A DNA stretch of 64,000 bases from Mobula hypostoma (taxonomy: Eukaryota), in NCBI RefSeq assembly GCF_963921235.1, contig NC_086097.1:134046001-134110000 (forward strand), written 5' to 3'. The notes under the pieces are model-generated. The model saw nothing but the letters and a program-made list of their open reading frames with translations. It was not told the origin of the DNA and made no database searches. The position numbers and the translations under genes were made by a program. Numbering within the stretch: position 1 is the first letter of the stretch; the number at the start of each line of letters is the position of its first letter. Shown here in pieces: positions 37,529 to 50,529 of the stretch.

Positions 37529-37689
37529 GCCGGGTCCCTCTCGCGCCGTCTCCCGGAGTCCAACGCTTCGTCTGTCAGCGGCACCATGAGAAAACGGGCA
37601 ACGGAATACGCTGAGCCCGAACTTCAGAGAAGCGGTTCGCGTTCAACGCGCCAACCCCCCGCACACGCAGAATTACCGCTCCGCAATCG
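37529..37689 (+). pseudogene. ptgr3: Degenerate exon 1 of prostaglandin reductase 3 (PTGR3/ZADH2)
   Basis: Frame A gives AGSLSRRLPESNASSVSGTMRK (cf. human [22 protein letters not shown]). A +1 frame at 37611-37637 gives exactly LSPNFREAV. Frame A ends ELPLRNR with CG|GTGAGT (cf. DLLVRNR at the exon end). Head-to-head with tshz1, as in human. Confidence 0.75.
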
Positions 37690-40405
37690 GTGAGTGCATC
37701 TCCAGAATTTTAGCTCGACTGCAAATTTAAAAGTAAAACTTCCGCTGGAAACGGTCGGTCGAACGTTTTTTTTTACAACATAGCGATCTGCTGATGATCC
37801 TGGGTTCTGAGTCACAAATCCTCTTGAATTTGGTTTTTAAAAAAGGAAATAAAAAGGGGAGTGGGGGGATTGGAAAAATAATGTCCGACCCACTTGCACT
37901 TGAATGTTAGAAGTGCGTGTGGAGGTGATACGTATAGAACAACTCCAGGTTCCGCCCTGACATCTGTGCACTCATCCGTCCGTCATAACCCGTCCATCTA
38001 TCTGTCAGTCTGTCTGTATGCCTTTTGAGTGCCTGTGCGTCAGTTCCAAGCGCGGTTACGTGTGGGCTGTAGACTGACACAGATACACTCACACTGACTG
38101 ACTGACGGACTAACTGGGGGCAGTACTGTACATCGAAAGAGAGAGAGAGAGAGGGAGATAGTGCCACAGAACTCCACGCAGTGAAAAAAAAATCTCTTAA
38201 TAACTCCCAACATTGCGGATGTTTTATTACAACGTGTAAGTTAGTCCCTGTAAGCAATAGCTTTGCCTTTTTTAATTTTACACTTTTGTACTTATCCCAC
38301 ACGGGAAAATAGTGTTGCTGGATTTGGATATTATATTGTAGATTAAGATATCCAAATCAGGAGCGGGGTTAGTCATTACTCATAATGGAATGTACTTCTT
38401 TTACAAAGCAAAGCTTGGGAATTTTAACCGTTTTCGTCACTCTTGTGGCGCTACAGAATTGCAACATCTTACGTTTGAACATTAGGGTATACCTCGGCAG
38501 AATCAGGAATAAAATAACCCCTGGTTCAGATGGCACTGCACTCCCAATCCCCTCACCCCCTGCCACCACTTCTCCTCCTTGCTCCCTCTCCATATATTCC
38601 ATTTTTTTGTGCAATGTATCGGGAGTCACAACTTTATTAACGCACCTCCAGTTCCCTGGAAATGTGGCGCATGTCAGTGTCGAGTATAGTTGGAGACCCG
38701 TCCGGTATTTTAGCGTTCCATTCGCAGTTCAATTTAGAAAGCGTGCACTGTGTTATGAAGTGGAATTCTGATGTCCAAATACCGAATAGTGCCCTCAGCG
38801 AAGAATGGGTCACTTTACACGCGTTTTCTAAACTGGATTCTCAAGTGCCCCTCAGTAGGTGAGCGAACCGCAATTAGAACTGTTGGACCACACAGGATTT
38901 TAACATTTGATAGACAAGTTAGCCACTGCTGATAAACGAAACATAAGGACATACAATTCAGGTCGTCTTGAAGAACAGAAGGACGCACACACAAAGATGG
39001 CCTTTTTCCCACCTACGTCCTTTCCTGAATAAAATAGAATTGAATTATGTAATTTCTACTTCACCAGCGTTCGATATACACCAGATAGTTTGGCTATAGA
39101 GGCGTTCCTGCCCTGGTAAATTGTTCTGGTAAATCCCTGCCTTGATCGATTGTGGATATTCCACAATCTGTTTTTAGAGAATCCTTATGCGATAACCTGC
39201 CGTTCAAACTCCTAAAGACGCCCTCGACGTTCTATTCACCTTACTTATTCTTAAAAAGGGGGAAAAATCAGATTCCTGATGCCACATGAATGAATATATG
39301 TTCTCTTTTTTGTTGGTTTACCTATGAGGGAGCCTGGGAGATTTAATATTCCTTTCTCGTTATCATGAACAGTTAATGAGGGTAGGGTAGTCGTTAAATA
39401 TTTTACAACGCGTGGGAATGTATGTTTAAAAGAAAAAGGCATGTTGACAATAATCCAAAATACGATTTCGATTTTTTTTAAATTCACCAAAATTTCATCT
39501 GAACTGCACCCTCATTTATACACAGCACCTTGCGGGTTTGGGTAAACTTACTGAACCATTTTCTCCATGTTTAGTTCGGTCGTAAATTCAATTTGGTTAG
39601 GATTGTGGCAGAATAAGATATTACAAACGTATGTTTTAAGGAAATCATTTGAAGGCTTCATTGGTGGGGTGATTCCTAATCATCATTCGATATAAATTGT
39701 ATATTTTTTTATTTCTTTAAAATATAGCTTCCAGGATTCTGCATTCAGGCACGACACTTATAATTTTAAATTTGAGACTTTCTCAGGATTAACCTCGCAA
39801 TACGCGGTCTCGGTTTTTGCAAACTCGTTGCGCTTTTTTTTTGGAGTCGCAGTCTTAAATCGAGATTCTGTGTCAGAACATCTGGAGTGTTTGTACCTGC
39901 TGCAGCCCGATAGGAGGATGTAACTCAAACAGCGGGATGCCCTGACTAGCGGCGGAGTAGATCATTTTAGTCAGTGCTATTGCAGATTACACGCGCAGGT
40001 AACATTGTTCGCGTGACTTGTGGGACGATCGCGGCGACTACGAAACCAGGTTGTACACGTTAGTTAGGCGTCAGCCAGAAGCTATCTTGTCCTTTTTGAC
40101 CACGTCAAAATTAGAGAGATTGCCTGCCGGTGAATTCTGCGGGAAAATCTCGACCTTAAATAAATAAACATTCTAGGAAGATGAAACAATATGTGGAAAT
40201 ACGTTTTTAAAGAAAAGAGAAACAAATAGGGGTGTTTTGGAGCAAGATTTTAAAACCGGAAAGGCTCTCTTCTGTCTGACCTGTGTTAAAGTGATGGCGA
40301 CTAGCTTTGATACCTTGATCATGTCAAGAGCGAGCGATAAACGCTGGTTATTGGAAGGTTATTCAACCCAACAAAATGCGACTGTTCTTTGTAAACCTCC
40401 ACAAG

Positions 40406-40406
<1 letters not shown>

Positions 40407-40442
<36 letters not shown>

Positions 40443-40485
40443 GGAGGGAGAGTGAGTGAGAGAGAGGGGGAGAGAGAGAGAGAGA
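40407..40485. repeat. (GA)n-rich microsatellite
   Basis: Read directly. Confidence 0.92.
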
Positions 40486-43400
40486 ATAACTAATCAAAAG
40501 GCGCAGACATTTGAAATCTATAGAGAGTGAATCAAATTGTCTTGGTACAAGAAGCATTAAGAGAAGAGGGTTGATTTAAGTAAAAAGGTCTCTCAAAACT
40601 ACCAAGGAAACTCTCACTTCACACTTAAACACAGGGAGAGAAAAACTTTCACAGAATTTCAGCAGTCTTAAACATAAATGAAACTAGTTTTATTCCTGTC
40701 ATTGAAGACCTTTATAAATGTGTTTACTTACGCATCTAATTCAAACTCAAACTGCAAAAAATAGCCTGCATTCCATATGGAGTTCACGGAATCCAACTCG
40801 AACTGGAACTCTTGAAGTCAGTTTTATTTATTTCTTTAATACCATTATTTATTGGGAGGAAAGGTGTTCTTTTAATAATTCAGTGGGTTTCAGATGAACT
40901 AGTTAGTTTGTGACCATCGTACTGTTAATATCCAAATGATTCCAATCCTTAATGTTATTCTTGAAATATTTTAAATTGTATCCAAACCCGGGCTACGTAC
41001 AGAAGAGGATTCAGAGTTCTTAGAATAACATTCAGAGCTTTTAATCTTGTTAAGATTTTAACGTTTTGATTTAGAAATGTATATAAAGATATGATGCGGT
41101 TTAATTCCTTCATAGAAAACTAAATAAATGAACCTTAGTTTAAGAATTAAACCAAAAATGTTTCGAAGTTTTAGCTATTGCGTTAAAACTCAACACACTA
41201 AATAATAAACTCCTGGAGAACGGGATATTAAATGTGTTTTTTTTTTAAATAACGGCACAATAGGTTTGTAATTGTATGTCAGTGAACAATTCGATCCCGG
41301 ACACAGAATTTCCTTGACAAAATCACTCCATTCACATACATTCAAACGTCCACGGAAACGATTTTCTGCCAAGTTCTGATACAAACTCAGATCAGATAAA
41401 GCACAGAAATGGGTCTTTGTCCGACACAGTTTCACAATCAACATACGCAGAGGGGACTTTTATCTCATTTCGGCGAAAACTTCCACCGCTGTGCTTAAGG
41501 GGTTACCTGCCACACAGTGAAATTAGAATGGTTCCAGTGAATGGCCACTGTCGTACTTAACATTCATTCCATTATTCCGAAACACACAACGCACGAAGAT
41601 CAAATAATGATCCTTCAACTGCACTCACGCAAGAATTCATTTGGCTGTAGGAGGTGCAGGGAGGTGAGGTTGAGCAGCATAATTCAGGAAACTTGGTTCT
41701 AAAACGCATTAGCGCAAAGGTCCCTTGCGCGGTAAAACTGTCAACACCGTCTCAAAACTGGTGAGTGGTAGATTCATAAAGAAATCTTGGTTGTTTCTCT
41801 ATTTTATGATGAAACAGTTTGCTAATGTCCAACATACTTTTTGAGGAGCATTGACGTCCAGTACCTGGACTACGATGCTCCTAGTAATTTAAGTTGGATT
41901 CACTAAACAAAAACGGCTCCATTTCTCTCATTTTCTTCCAACGTTATGGCCCTTCATGATGGTTCGCCCAAGTTCCAGGTTAACTGAACTGTTTCAATAA
42001 GTTGTGTAGATTCGGGAAGAAAATTATAATCGAGCATCCAACTACACCTGGTACATTGGTTATGATAACCTGTCCCAATCAGAGTTCACTTTTAGCTGGA
42101 ATTGTAGAATTTCACTGCACAAACGGTTCTGATGTTAGTCCTCTCATCCCTCTGCCCTTACTTCACCTCACTGTTCTTTTTTCCCCCAGCATGATTGTCT
42201 ATTTCCCTTTCCAAAGATGGAATATATTTCATTGTCCCTGCAGTGGCTTTCTTAATATTTGGAAATTTATATTAAACACCTCGCCCCATCCTTCCTTTCT
42301 TCACCCAATCTCAAAATTAGCAAGCCAAAAGTGCAAGTAATTAAAATCACTTATAATTTGGAACCTTACATTAAAATCCCTTTGGTGTATTTGATGTATA
42401 TGATCCTTGTTTAGTTTCTAACAATGGAAATAATCTACATTGCATGCAAGTATGCCCAGGGATGACTCTCTATACCACAACTCTTTGTTCTTTCAAGATT
42501 CACTGGCAAGTCAATGTCCTGAGTCTGCTGTATTTTTTAAATGGTTAAAGAACAAGATTTCAATTATTCCTTGTAATAAACTGTCTTCTTCTGCATACAT
42601 TCCAATTCCTTTGGAAAAAAAAAATGCCTACAATATCAAGACTTACAATTTATGGGGTAATATTACCAAATAATTGACAATTTATACTTTAATGGTATTC
42701 AAACATTTTAATCAATTGAGTCCCTGCTAAAATCCTTAAAACTAAAGGATATATTTCTCGGATAATGAATATTTGAGTTCATTGGCAACATGATCATTCT
42801 AGAAATTGTTAGGGAGTTATATTTATAGCATTATGATTAATAGGGTTGTATTTTTTGAAACAAATGCATATTATTTTTCTATAAACAGGCAATATTGTCG
42901 AATTGTACTATACCACCTTCAGTGGTCTGTTACAAAAAGACTGAAATATGGTTCCTCAGAAGCAGTGACATGGGGTCCATCCTTTTCCATCATCTTTTAT
43001 TAACAAGGAGGGCAGGGCTTGGATCCAGATGAGAAATGTAGTCCATTGAGAGATAAACATTTCACAAGCTCACAACTACAATTCTGGAGCAGAGAACCAT
43101 CACTGGAAAAAGTAAGATAGAGAAAAATGTAGAGATAAAGAAGGGTAGAAAAATTACAGCAAATAGACAAAAGTGGTTTTCAGAGACTGCAATAAAACTA
43201 GAGGACACATATAGGCTGTATGAGACTTGCCTTTTATATATGACTCCATATTAAGTCATAGCCTATATCCAACTATGCAATAATTTTTTTATTTGAAGTG
43301 TGCAATTCCAAATAGACAAATAACTACCTCGATGGAAATATTTTAGAATTGTTCTTCTTGTAGAATGTTAAAATATAACTAACATTAGGGATTTTACACA

Positions 43401-44044
43401 TTTAAAGATGTTTTTTTTTTCCTCTACCAAGTTGTGCTCTGGAATTTGCTGCCTGGAAGGGGAAGAGAAGCAGATTTGGATTTTTCCAATGCCACTTTGA
43501 AAGGAACCATCCAGAAGACTACAGGTGAAGAGCAGGTGAGTGGGATTCTTCAGCTAACCCCATCAAACAGCCAAAGAGGTGGCACAGACAGATTGGACTA
43601 AATGGCCTCTTGCTGTGTTCTATGAATTGTGATATTTTCATAATAGGAAAATGATGGTGGGCAGCACTACCAATGACCGGATATTGGCTAGCACTCATCT
43701 GCAATAACCTTTACCAAGTTCTGAATTTCAATCACATTAAAATAGAGAAAAACCTGACAGAGCATTGTAAGATAAGCAGTATCATGCCAGTGCACTTCCT
43801 CGATGCTGGTCACCAAGCAAAATCAGTGCAAAAGTATAAAATACTGCAGATGCTGGAAATCTGAAATTAATTCAAAAATTGCAAAGATACTCAGCAGTTT
43901 GGGCACTGTCTGTGGCGAGAGAAACAGAGTTCATATTTCACGTGAGTGAGTGGTCGAGCTTTCAGGTGCTGCACTTGAGCTTACATTGGGCAGTGTTGGA
44001 ACAGCATGAGCCAATGGCAGAGAGGTCAGAGTGGGAATTGGGAG

Positions 44045-44262
44045 GAGTGGCATGGTAGTGTAGTGGTTAGCACAATGCTTTACAGTACCAGCGACCCGGG
44101 TTCAATTCCTCCCATTGCCTGTAAGGAGCTTGTACATTCTCCCTGTGACTGTGTGGATTTCCTCCCACATTCCAAAGGTATACCAGTTGCTAGGTTAATT
44201 GGTCATTGTAAATTGTCCTTTTTTTTAGATCAAATTGGGTGATTGCTAGGTGATGCAGCTTG
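44045..44262 (+). mobile_element. V-SINE/HE1-like SINE
   Basis: GGTAGTGTAGTGGTTAGCACAATGCTTTACAGTACCAGCGACCCGGGTTCAATTCC head and V-domain-like body; same family as 51588-51870. Confidence 0.8.
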
Positions 44263-45291
44263 AAGTCAGTAAAGTTTTAAAATAAATAAAATTACAACGG
44301 CAGATATCTGGAAGCTCAATGTTAGCTCGTGTAGATTGGATAGAGGTACTCTGCAAAATGATCACTCAATCTGTGTCTGGTTTAGAGACCACATTAGGAC
44401 AATGGAATGCAAGGTACTAGGTTGGACCAAATTGTCAGTGAATCACTGCTTCAACCTGAAATGTGAACCTGTTTCTCTCTATATGACTGACCTTCTGATC
44501 TGAGTACTCCCAGCATTTTCTTTTCTCTACATCAGTTGAGTGTGTTGCATGAATGCTCTGTGGGTAAGATGTACTTTAGGGAGTAGTGGTGGATTAACAC
44601 TGCATCAGCCAATGAATTAGAGGAAAGTTGGAACGTATGACTGACCAGGCTATTGTACAATAAATAAAGTCAATTTGTTCATATATAGTATAATTAAAGA
44701 GTAGAAGAAATAGACTGCAGCATTATTTACTAGCAAAAGTGAGGCAATTTTTCTGAAAAATGCAGTAAGTAGAAGATAGTATATATGAATGATGTGCATA
44801 AAATTGATCTAATCACGTTTATGCTGTGGGCTCTAAAATTGATTGATAGGGATATTACCAATCATATTTGGTTAAAGTATTGTCATCAAATGCACCCTTA
44901 GAAATGACAGTTTAAGATTGTTTAACCAAAATGATGTGTTGTACAACATATTGTAATTTGTGTGATAGGCAGTGCTTCGATTCTCTAGTTGTGTCTGAAT
45001 TAAGGCAGGAAAGGATTCTTTCACCGGTACAAAGAGGAAATTGCATTTACATGGCATCTGTAACAAAGTAAAGCACCTTGGGGCTCTTACTCAAAAAGCA
45101 ATGTCAGACAAAATTTGATGATGTGAGGGAATATTATGGATAGGTGTCAAAAACATTGTCCAAAAGTTAGATTCTGAGGATAGTTTCAAAGAATGGAGAA
45201 AGCACTGATGATATAGCACTAGCTTTTACTTGCATGGACATGACTTTCTATTAAAAATTTTATTATAATTTCCCTTTGGAATTTTTACTAT

Positions 45292-45295
<4 letters not shown>

Positions 45296-45330
<35 letters not shown>
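45296..45330. repeat. (TA)n microsatellite
   Basis: Read directly. Confidence 0.95.
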
Positions 45331-45333
<3 letters not shown>

Positions 45334-48319
45334 GTTTGTTTTCTTACTATTACCTATTTGCATAGTGAATGTGATTGCTGTTATTGATTCATTTATGTGG
45401 ATTTGAATAAATGCAGTTCATTTTCAATCTTGAAGTTATGAAAAGGTATAGTTATCTTCATTCTACAAAGGCTAATTCACATACTAATACAGAATTAAAA
45501 ACATTTTTGATTTAACACTACTCCTTCAGACAGTACTTGGGGAATAGTGAGGTAAGGTTTCTTAAAGGTATGATCTTTGTATAGATTTGAAATGAAGTGT
45601 TTAAAAACAGCACACAATCCTTGAGAATCTTATGATCTGAAGGGTTAACAATTTCATGGATTTTTTTTCACAAAGGGTGCTGGTTATGGCTTATCTGTTC
45701 CAAATTTAAAATTGTACTGTGGGTTGGATGAATAATTAGTTGGTCCAAATTCAACCCACAGTCCGTATGTTGCATAGTTCCACTCAAAAAACCTATTGGT
45801 TCATGAATAATGAGGTGTTAAATGGACCTATTTAAACAAACAATTATCAGATTGGTATTTGAAAAGGTGAAAACAAGGCCATTAATCTTTTATTTAAATA
45901 TACAAGTGATTTTTAAATGTTATACTGAAATTAAGATGATACTTTCATAATATCTGTAATGGGAAATCTGTAGAAATGGATGTCTTGAAAATATCGGTTT
46001 AAAAAGACTAATCTCTCGAAGAGATGATGTAATTTCTGTGATCAAATGCAAATACAATACTGAAAGTCTGAAATTTTTTTTAAAGTGCTGCAAACACTCA
46101 GCTGGTCTGAGAGTATGTTTGGAAAGAGAGCAAGTTAATGTTTCAGGTCTGAGATCTTTCCTTTATATAGCATTTTTAAAATAACAAAAATGGTACCAGG
46201 TGTGCTTCAATTTGGAGATGTTTAGCTTAAAGGAGGTTATCATTGAAGGTAGAAGGTAGAACGGTACAGCACAGTACAAGTCTTTCAGCCCATCATGTTG
46301 TGCTGTCCCTTATCTTAGACCAATCTAACCCTTCCCTCATGTGCCTAACTAAGAATTTCTTAAATTATCTGCCTCGACCACCACCACTAGCTGCGCATTC
46401 CATGCACCTATTATTCTCTGTGTAAAAATCCTGCCTATGACAACCCCCCTATTCTTTCCTCCAAGTATCTTAAAGTTAATGCCCTTTCATATTATCCATT
46501 ATTAGAAGTCAAGAAGATTTTACAAAGCATGGGAGCATAGGGGGCATCGAGTTATCCTGATGCTGGGTATCGACCCAAAGCTTTCTTCCCACGGATGCTG
46601 ATTGACCCAATGACCCAATGACCCAATGGAGAGTTATAGGGAATTCCAGAGAATGGGACAAACATGGCATCAACAGTGGAGTGAGGGAGAGGGTTTATAC
46701 ATGAGGTGTGAGTGGAAGAAATGAGACGAGCTGTAAGGCCTTCAGTGACTGGGAAGGAAAAGATCTTGAACAAAGGGAGTTTTACCTCTGTTCTGTTTGG
46801 ATGGAGTCTGGGTGAGAAATGCAAGCAAGGACTCTATCAATCACTATAGGAGGGGAGCTACATATCCTGAAAACAAAGACAATCTCTGATGAACACAAGA
46901 GATTCTGTAGGTGCAGGAAGTCCAGAGCAACACACACAAAATGCTGGAGGAACTCAGCAGATAAGGCAGCATCTAAATGAACAGTCAGCGTTTTGGGCTG
47001 AGATCCTTAATCAGGACTGCAGACCTGGAATGGAAGGCCTACATAGCAGAGATGGAGAAACAGGAAGAAAGGAGTGGCATTTTTACAAGAAACAGGGACT
47101 TAAGGAGATGTAGTCAAGGTAGCTTTGGGAGTCATTGCGGTTATAGAATCGGAATCAGATTTATTATCATTTGTTATTTTCTGGCAGCAGTACAGTGTAA
47201 GCATAGCAAATTACTTTAAGTTACAATAGCAATAAATAAATCGTGCAAAAGAGATATTGTCCATGGGTTGCACCTAGATTTCTTGAAGGGTTCTGGATTA
47301 CTGGCCTTAAGTGCCACAGGTTTATCCCTCAGCAAGCTGTGAATCATCCACACCTTCTGATCTGGTACATTTGGTATGTTCTCAAAGGCACATGCACACA
47401 TCCACACAGGTCTTGATGTCCGTGCCAGTGGATAGTTTGTCTCCTGAGATGAAGGTCTAAAAGTGCTGGAACCTGAAAAGTACGAAAGGTGATGATGGAA
47501 ACAATTTAAACGAGAGAGATGGCAGAGGATTTGTTTGGAAATTGTATGGGTAGTAAACGGGTGCAACCAGGAGGGAGAAGAGACAAAAAAGTACAAAGTG
47601 GGGCTGTGGGGGAAGGCAGTAATTGGGAAAACGGAACAAAAAAAATAGGACTACAGGTGCATTGAAAGGGGAGGGGGGAACATGGGGCAATATTTGAAAA
47701 TGAAAATTTATATTAATTGTTCAACCCCTTAGGTTGTAGACAACCCAGGTGGAACGTGAGTAATTGTTTCCCTATGTAGCGGAGAAACAAAGGCTTCAGA
47801 TGCCGGAATTCCAATCTCCACCACTCTCCCTCTCTCTCATACACTGGCTCCCTCTGCCCATCAATCTTCATTCCTCCTCTGTCCACCTATAAATCCAGTT
47901 CCTATCTCACCGCCGCACTCCCCCCCCCCACCCACCTCTTTATGCCAGCTATCTTCCCTCTCCACTCTCAGTCCTGATGCAGGGTCTCAAACTAAAACAA
48001 ATTCAGTTCTTTCTCTTCACATAAGCGGCTTGACACACTGACTTCCTTCAGCGGTTTGTGTTGTGCTCTACAAAATTACATATTTTCAATTGCAGAGAAG
48101 GGGGTGGTGTGGAAAGGACCAGGAGAGGCTGTGATGTCATTGGTTGCACTGGAAGTCGAGGGACTTGTGAAGGCTTGTTAATTCGGAAGAAGGACATTTC
48201 AGCTGTTATTCAATTAGCATTTCAGTTGCTATGCTAATCTCTTTTCCTGGTTTCTCCATCTCTGCCTCATCTGTTTGCAGAATGAGGATCTCCATTTTGA
48301 TACCGGTCCTTTAATCCAT

Positions 48320-49740
48320 AAGACCATGAGACATAGGAGAAGAATTAGGTCATTGGTTCCATCAAGACTGCTGTGCCATTTCATCGTGGCTAAATTGTTA
48401 TCCCTCTCAACCCCATTCTCAAGCCTTCTCCCCATACCTTTCATGCCCTTACTAATCAAGAACCTATCAACATTTACTTTAAATATACCTAATGACTTGG
48501 ACTCCAGAGACGTCTGTGGCAATAAATTACACAGAATCACCGTCCTTTGGCTAAAGCAATTCCACCTCATCTTTGTTCTAAAGGGGTGTCCTGCTATTCT
48601 GAGACTGTGCTCTCTGGACCTAGACCCTCCCACTATAGGAAACTACATCGACTCCATTTAGGTCTTTCAATATTCAAAAGGTTGCAATGAGATCCCCCAT
48701 CATTCATCCAAACCCATGCAAGTACAGGCCCAGAGCCATCAAACACCCTTCATACTCGTGAACCTCCACTGGACCCTCTCCAATTCTTCCTTAGATAACA
48801 GGCCCAAAACCGTTCACAGCACTGGACGTGCAGTCTGACCAATGCCTTATAAGGACTCAGCAGTACATCCTTGCTATTATATTCTAGTCCTCTCAAAATG
48901 AATGCTATCATTGCATTTGCCTTCCTTACCACCGACTCAACCTACGAGTTCAATTTTAGAGGATCTTGCATGAGTACTCCCAGTCCCTTTACACCTCTGA
49001 TTTCTGAATTTGTTCCGTGTTTAGAAGATAGTCCATGCCTTTATTCTTTTTACCAATGTGCTTGACCATTCACTTTCCTACACTGTATTCCATCTCCAAT
49101 GTTTTGCCCATTCTCCTAATCTGTCCAAGTACCTCAAACTTCCTTCTTCCTCAACACTACTTGCCCCTCCACCTTATCTTTGTAGCATCCACAAACTTGG
49201 CCACAAAGCCATCAATTCCATCATCCAAATCGTTGACATATGATGTGAAAAGAAGCTGTCCTAACACCAACCCCTGCAGAACACTACTATGCACCAGCAG
49301 CCAACCTGAAAAGGTTCCCTTTATTCCCACTCATGACCTCCTGCCAGTCAGCCAGTCTTCTATCCATGCTATTATCTTTCTGGTAATACCATGGGCTCTT
49401 ATCTTGTTAAACAGTTTCCTGTGCAGAACCTTGTCAAAGGCCTTCAGAAAATCCAAGTAGGCACATCCACTAACTTATCTTTGTCTATCGTGCTTATTAT
49501 TTCCTTTAAGAATTCCAACAGATTTGACACTTATCTACCTTCAGACCTTTCAGCCTCCCAAGCATTGCAACTACACTCACTTCTATCCCCTGATACCCTC
49601 GAATTTCTGGGATACTGCTGGTGTCTTCTGTAGCGAAGATTGATGCAAAATGCTTATTAATTTCATTGGCCATTTCTTTGTCCCCCATTACCACCTCTCC
49701 AGTGTCATTTCCCAGTGGTCCAATAGCCACTCTCATCTAT
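48320..49740 (-). mobile_element. CR1 LINE ORF2, decayed with internal deletions
   Basis: MVRKANAMIAFILRGLEYNSKDVLL..YKALVR; GGSRSREHSLRI..FSQR..LCNLLP; KEMANEINKHFASIFA. Confidence 0.88.
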
Positions 49741-50529
49741 TACATTTTATATATCTGAAAAAAAATGTTGTTATCTTCTTTTCTATTATTGTCTAGCTTT
49801 CTTTCATGTTTCATCTCACATTGCAAAGATGCACGGGTTAGTAAGTTAATTGGTCACATGGGTATAATTGGACAGCATGGGCTTGTTGGGCTGAAGGGCC
49901 TGTTACTGTGTTGTATCTCTAGATAAATAAATGGCTGATCTACCCTCGGCCTCAAATCCTTCAAAGTGCCAGTTTCCCCAAAACAGCTAATCTTTAAAAT
50001 ATTTATCTATCTCCACCTTAAATATTTATTTATCAAATGGTCTACCTTTGAGGCAGAGAATTCAGGGATTCACTAACCTTTAGGGGAAGAAATTACTGCA
50101 CAAAGAGGGTGAATCTTTCAGGCTATCAACCTTTCATCATATATCCGTCTCAACCTTCTTCACTCTGAGACCCAGGTATTCTGAATCAAAGTTAGTTATC
50201 CACCCAAAATGTTAAACCCTGTTTCTTTGACAGATGTTGCCTGACCTGCTGAGTGTTTACAGAAATTTTTACTTTTTTATATCAGAAAATTCCAAAGATT
50301 CATGATTCTCTGAGACAAAAAAATCCTCTTCATCTCCCTTTGAAATGGAAAACATCATGTTTTGAAATTACATCTCCTATTTGTAGATTCCTCACCACAG
50401 GAAACATCTAACAACATCTACCTTGTCAAAGGCAATATAGTCAAGCCTCATTTTTCTGTACTCCAGAGGGTAAAAAACAAATCTATTCATTCTTTCCTTA
50501 CGAGACAACCCATTCACTGAAAGAATAAA

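Larger units (their letters stand above)
35400..37800. promoter_or_regulatory. CpG-rich, probably bidirectional promoter and 5' UTR region of tshz1
   Basis: Many CpGs (e.g. gcggcggccgc at ~36091 and 37500-37690), a GC box GGGGCGGAG near 36340, no recognisable TE. Lies between tshz1 exon 1 (-) and the ptgr3-like exon (+). TSS not determinable from sequence. Confidence 0.7.
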
